Of a stretch of 64,000 bases of DNA, positions 62,957 through 64,000 are shown in pieces. A model generated the notes under the pieces. That model made no database searches. It saw nothing but the letters and a program-made list of their open reading frames with translations, and was not told where the DNA came from. The stretch covers positions 25,952 to 89,951 of the forward strand of contig CALWKD010000017.1 of the NCBI GenBank assembly GCA_944381175.1, written 5' to 3'. How positions within the stretch are numbered: position 1 is the stretch's first letter; every line of letters starts with the position of its first letter. The position numbers were made by a program, and so were the translations under genes. The DNA is from an uncultured Clostridia bacterium (GTDB lineage Bacteria; Bacillota; Clostridia; Christensenellales; UBA1242).

Positions 62957-62985
62957 AGAAAAGACCGAATTTGGTCTTTTTTTAT
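62957..62985. terminator. bidirectional rho-independent terminator
   Basis: AAAGACC, loop GAATTT, GGTCTTT, followed by T-run. It overlaps the stop of the convergent lipoprotein gene at 62982. Confidence 0.6.
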
Positions 62986-63491
62986 TCGATTTCTCCATCT
63001 TTATTCATAAATTTTGTTCCAGAAGCGATGATAAGTTTATATTTTTGCTCCTTCGTTTTTTCTTGCCAAGTTATAGAAAACTCGACCGTGTCATCTTGCT
63101 TTGAAACCGCTGGATAGATGTTGAAAAACCTCTGAGGTTTGTCGTTTATCTTTTCAAGGAAATTCCCCATTGAATATTTGATATCATTCATTTCAAGCGT
63201 TGCGGTCGAAAGGTCAAGTTCTTCATCTGGAGCGGTTATTTTAAGCCCAACTCTACACCCCTCCTCAAAGCCCAAGGCGTCATTTGCAGAGGAATATTGA
63301 ATAACCTCTCCCTCTCCGCCAACATATATCTTTCTCGTGTCCTTGTTGTAAACAAAACTAAGGCTTCCGCCAGTCCTTGCGTCGTCTCTGGTTATACTTG
63401 CACTTTCAAGTTCCCTTCCTCCGCAACCGAAAGAAAAAACCGTCGTCAAAATCAGACTCATCAACAAAAAAATCTTAATCTTTCTTTTCAT
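62982..63491 (-). CDS. hypothetical lipoprotein
   Basis: MKRKIKIFLLMSLILTTVFSFGC is a signal peptide plus lipobox. The mature part of about 145 aa is beta-rich. Confidence 0.6.
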   Translation of the reverse strand: MKRKIKIFLLMSLILTTVFSFGCGGRELESASITRDDARTGGSLSFVYNKDTRKIYVGGEGEVIQYSSANDALGFEEGCRVGLKITAPDEELDLSTATLEMNDIKYSMGNFLEKINDKPQRFFNIYPAVSKQDDTVEFSITWQEKTKEQKYKLIIASGTKFMNKDGEIE

Positions 63492-63524
63492 AACATTATT
63501 TTGTTGAAAAAAATTGGTATTATT

Positions 63525-64000
63525 CTATTTTTTGACTAAATTGTTTGCCTGTTTTGCCAACTTTTTCTCTGGATTTTCGTTCGCTTTTATTTGCACCTTC
63601 AAAACATCCGCCCTCTTGATGCTGTATTTGGAAAAAATGAAAATCGCACAAGAAAGAGCAATTGCACTACCAAAAAAGACGATTTTCCCAAGTCCCGCTT
63701 GAACGGACAGCGCTTGAACAGGTTGAGATGAGTCAAATTTCACCAGATCGAGCAAAATTCCAATGAACAAGAGTGCAATGGAGTTTGAGAAATTGTAGGT
63801 GAAAGTGTAATAGCCAGTGTAACGCCCAGCATTGTTTTCGCCTGTTTTATACTGCTCCATTGTCACAACATCTGCGTACATCGAATGAGGCAAAGAATAC
63901 AGCGCCCCAGCACCAATGCCACACACAAAAAGACTCGGAGCGACGAAGTAAAAAATGAAATTTGCACTGCAATAAAGCCTGAAAAGGAAAGTTATGCTCA
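63525..64000 (-). CDS. MFS / GPH-family sugar:cation symporter-like transporter (partial; N-terminus beyond the window end)
   Basis: The reading frame stays open from 63926 to the window edge (...SITFLFRLYCSANFIFYFVAPSLFVCGIGAG...). The C-terminal half reads YADVVTMEQYKTGENNAGRYTGYYTF, typical of GPH/MFS_2 proteins. Confidence 0.6.
   Translation of the reverse strand, partial: SITFLFRLYCSANFIFYFVAPSLFVCGIGAGALYSLPHSMYADVVTMEQYKTGENNAGRYTGYYTFTYNFSNSIALLFIGILLDLVKFDSSQPVQALSVQAGLGKIVFFGSAIALSCAIFIFSKYSIKRADVLKVQIKANENPEKKLAKQANNLVKK

Overview
This is a 64-kb chromosomal segment from an AT-rich, standard-code (code 11) Firmicute. It is probably an endospore-forming Clostridia-type organism, inferred from spoIIID, a SpoIIQ-like M23 protein, a DUF421/DUF4363 pair, a SpoVB/YabM-like flippase and the pth-mfd-prsA-like gene order. 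About three quarters of the genes are on the minus strand. Housekeeping content is hflX (partial), uvrA, uvrB, mfd, pth, recD2, cysS, cca, comFC, acpP, tRNA-Glu, a P-type ATPase and several envelope proteins. The dominant feature is one uninterrupted 20.1-kb gene (12618-32693, minus; 31% of the window). It encodes a 6,691-aa lipobox-anchored surface protein built from Ig-like modules and at least six blocks of GLUG-type (GG[IVL]VG) beta-helix repeats. It ends in a glycine-rich plus Trp/aromatic-rich module that I cannot assign, and a second RadC/JAB paralog is tightly coupled to its 3' end. Other points worth a second look: (1) consensus sigma-A promoters sit 5-10 nt from start codons that lack Shine-Dalgarno sequences at eight genes, implying leaderless mRNAs; (2) the 3' end of tRNA-Glu is perfectly duplicated 186 bp downstream, with a structured insert between the copies (att-like scar or tRNA-like RNA); (3) a zinc-ribbon membrane protein gene has an in-frame TAA at codon 4; (4) an ABC exporter has a degenerate ATPase domain; (5) a GlmU-like protein is truncated and degenerate; (6) two divergent genes encode paralogous membrane-tethered winged-helix-like proteins; (7) nearly G/C-free intergenic spacers share short sequence words. 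I saw no CRISPR array, rRNA, transposase or integrase. All domain calls come from motif reading by eye, and no database search was run.
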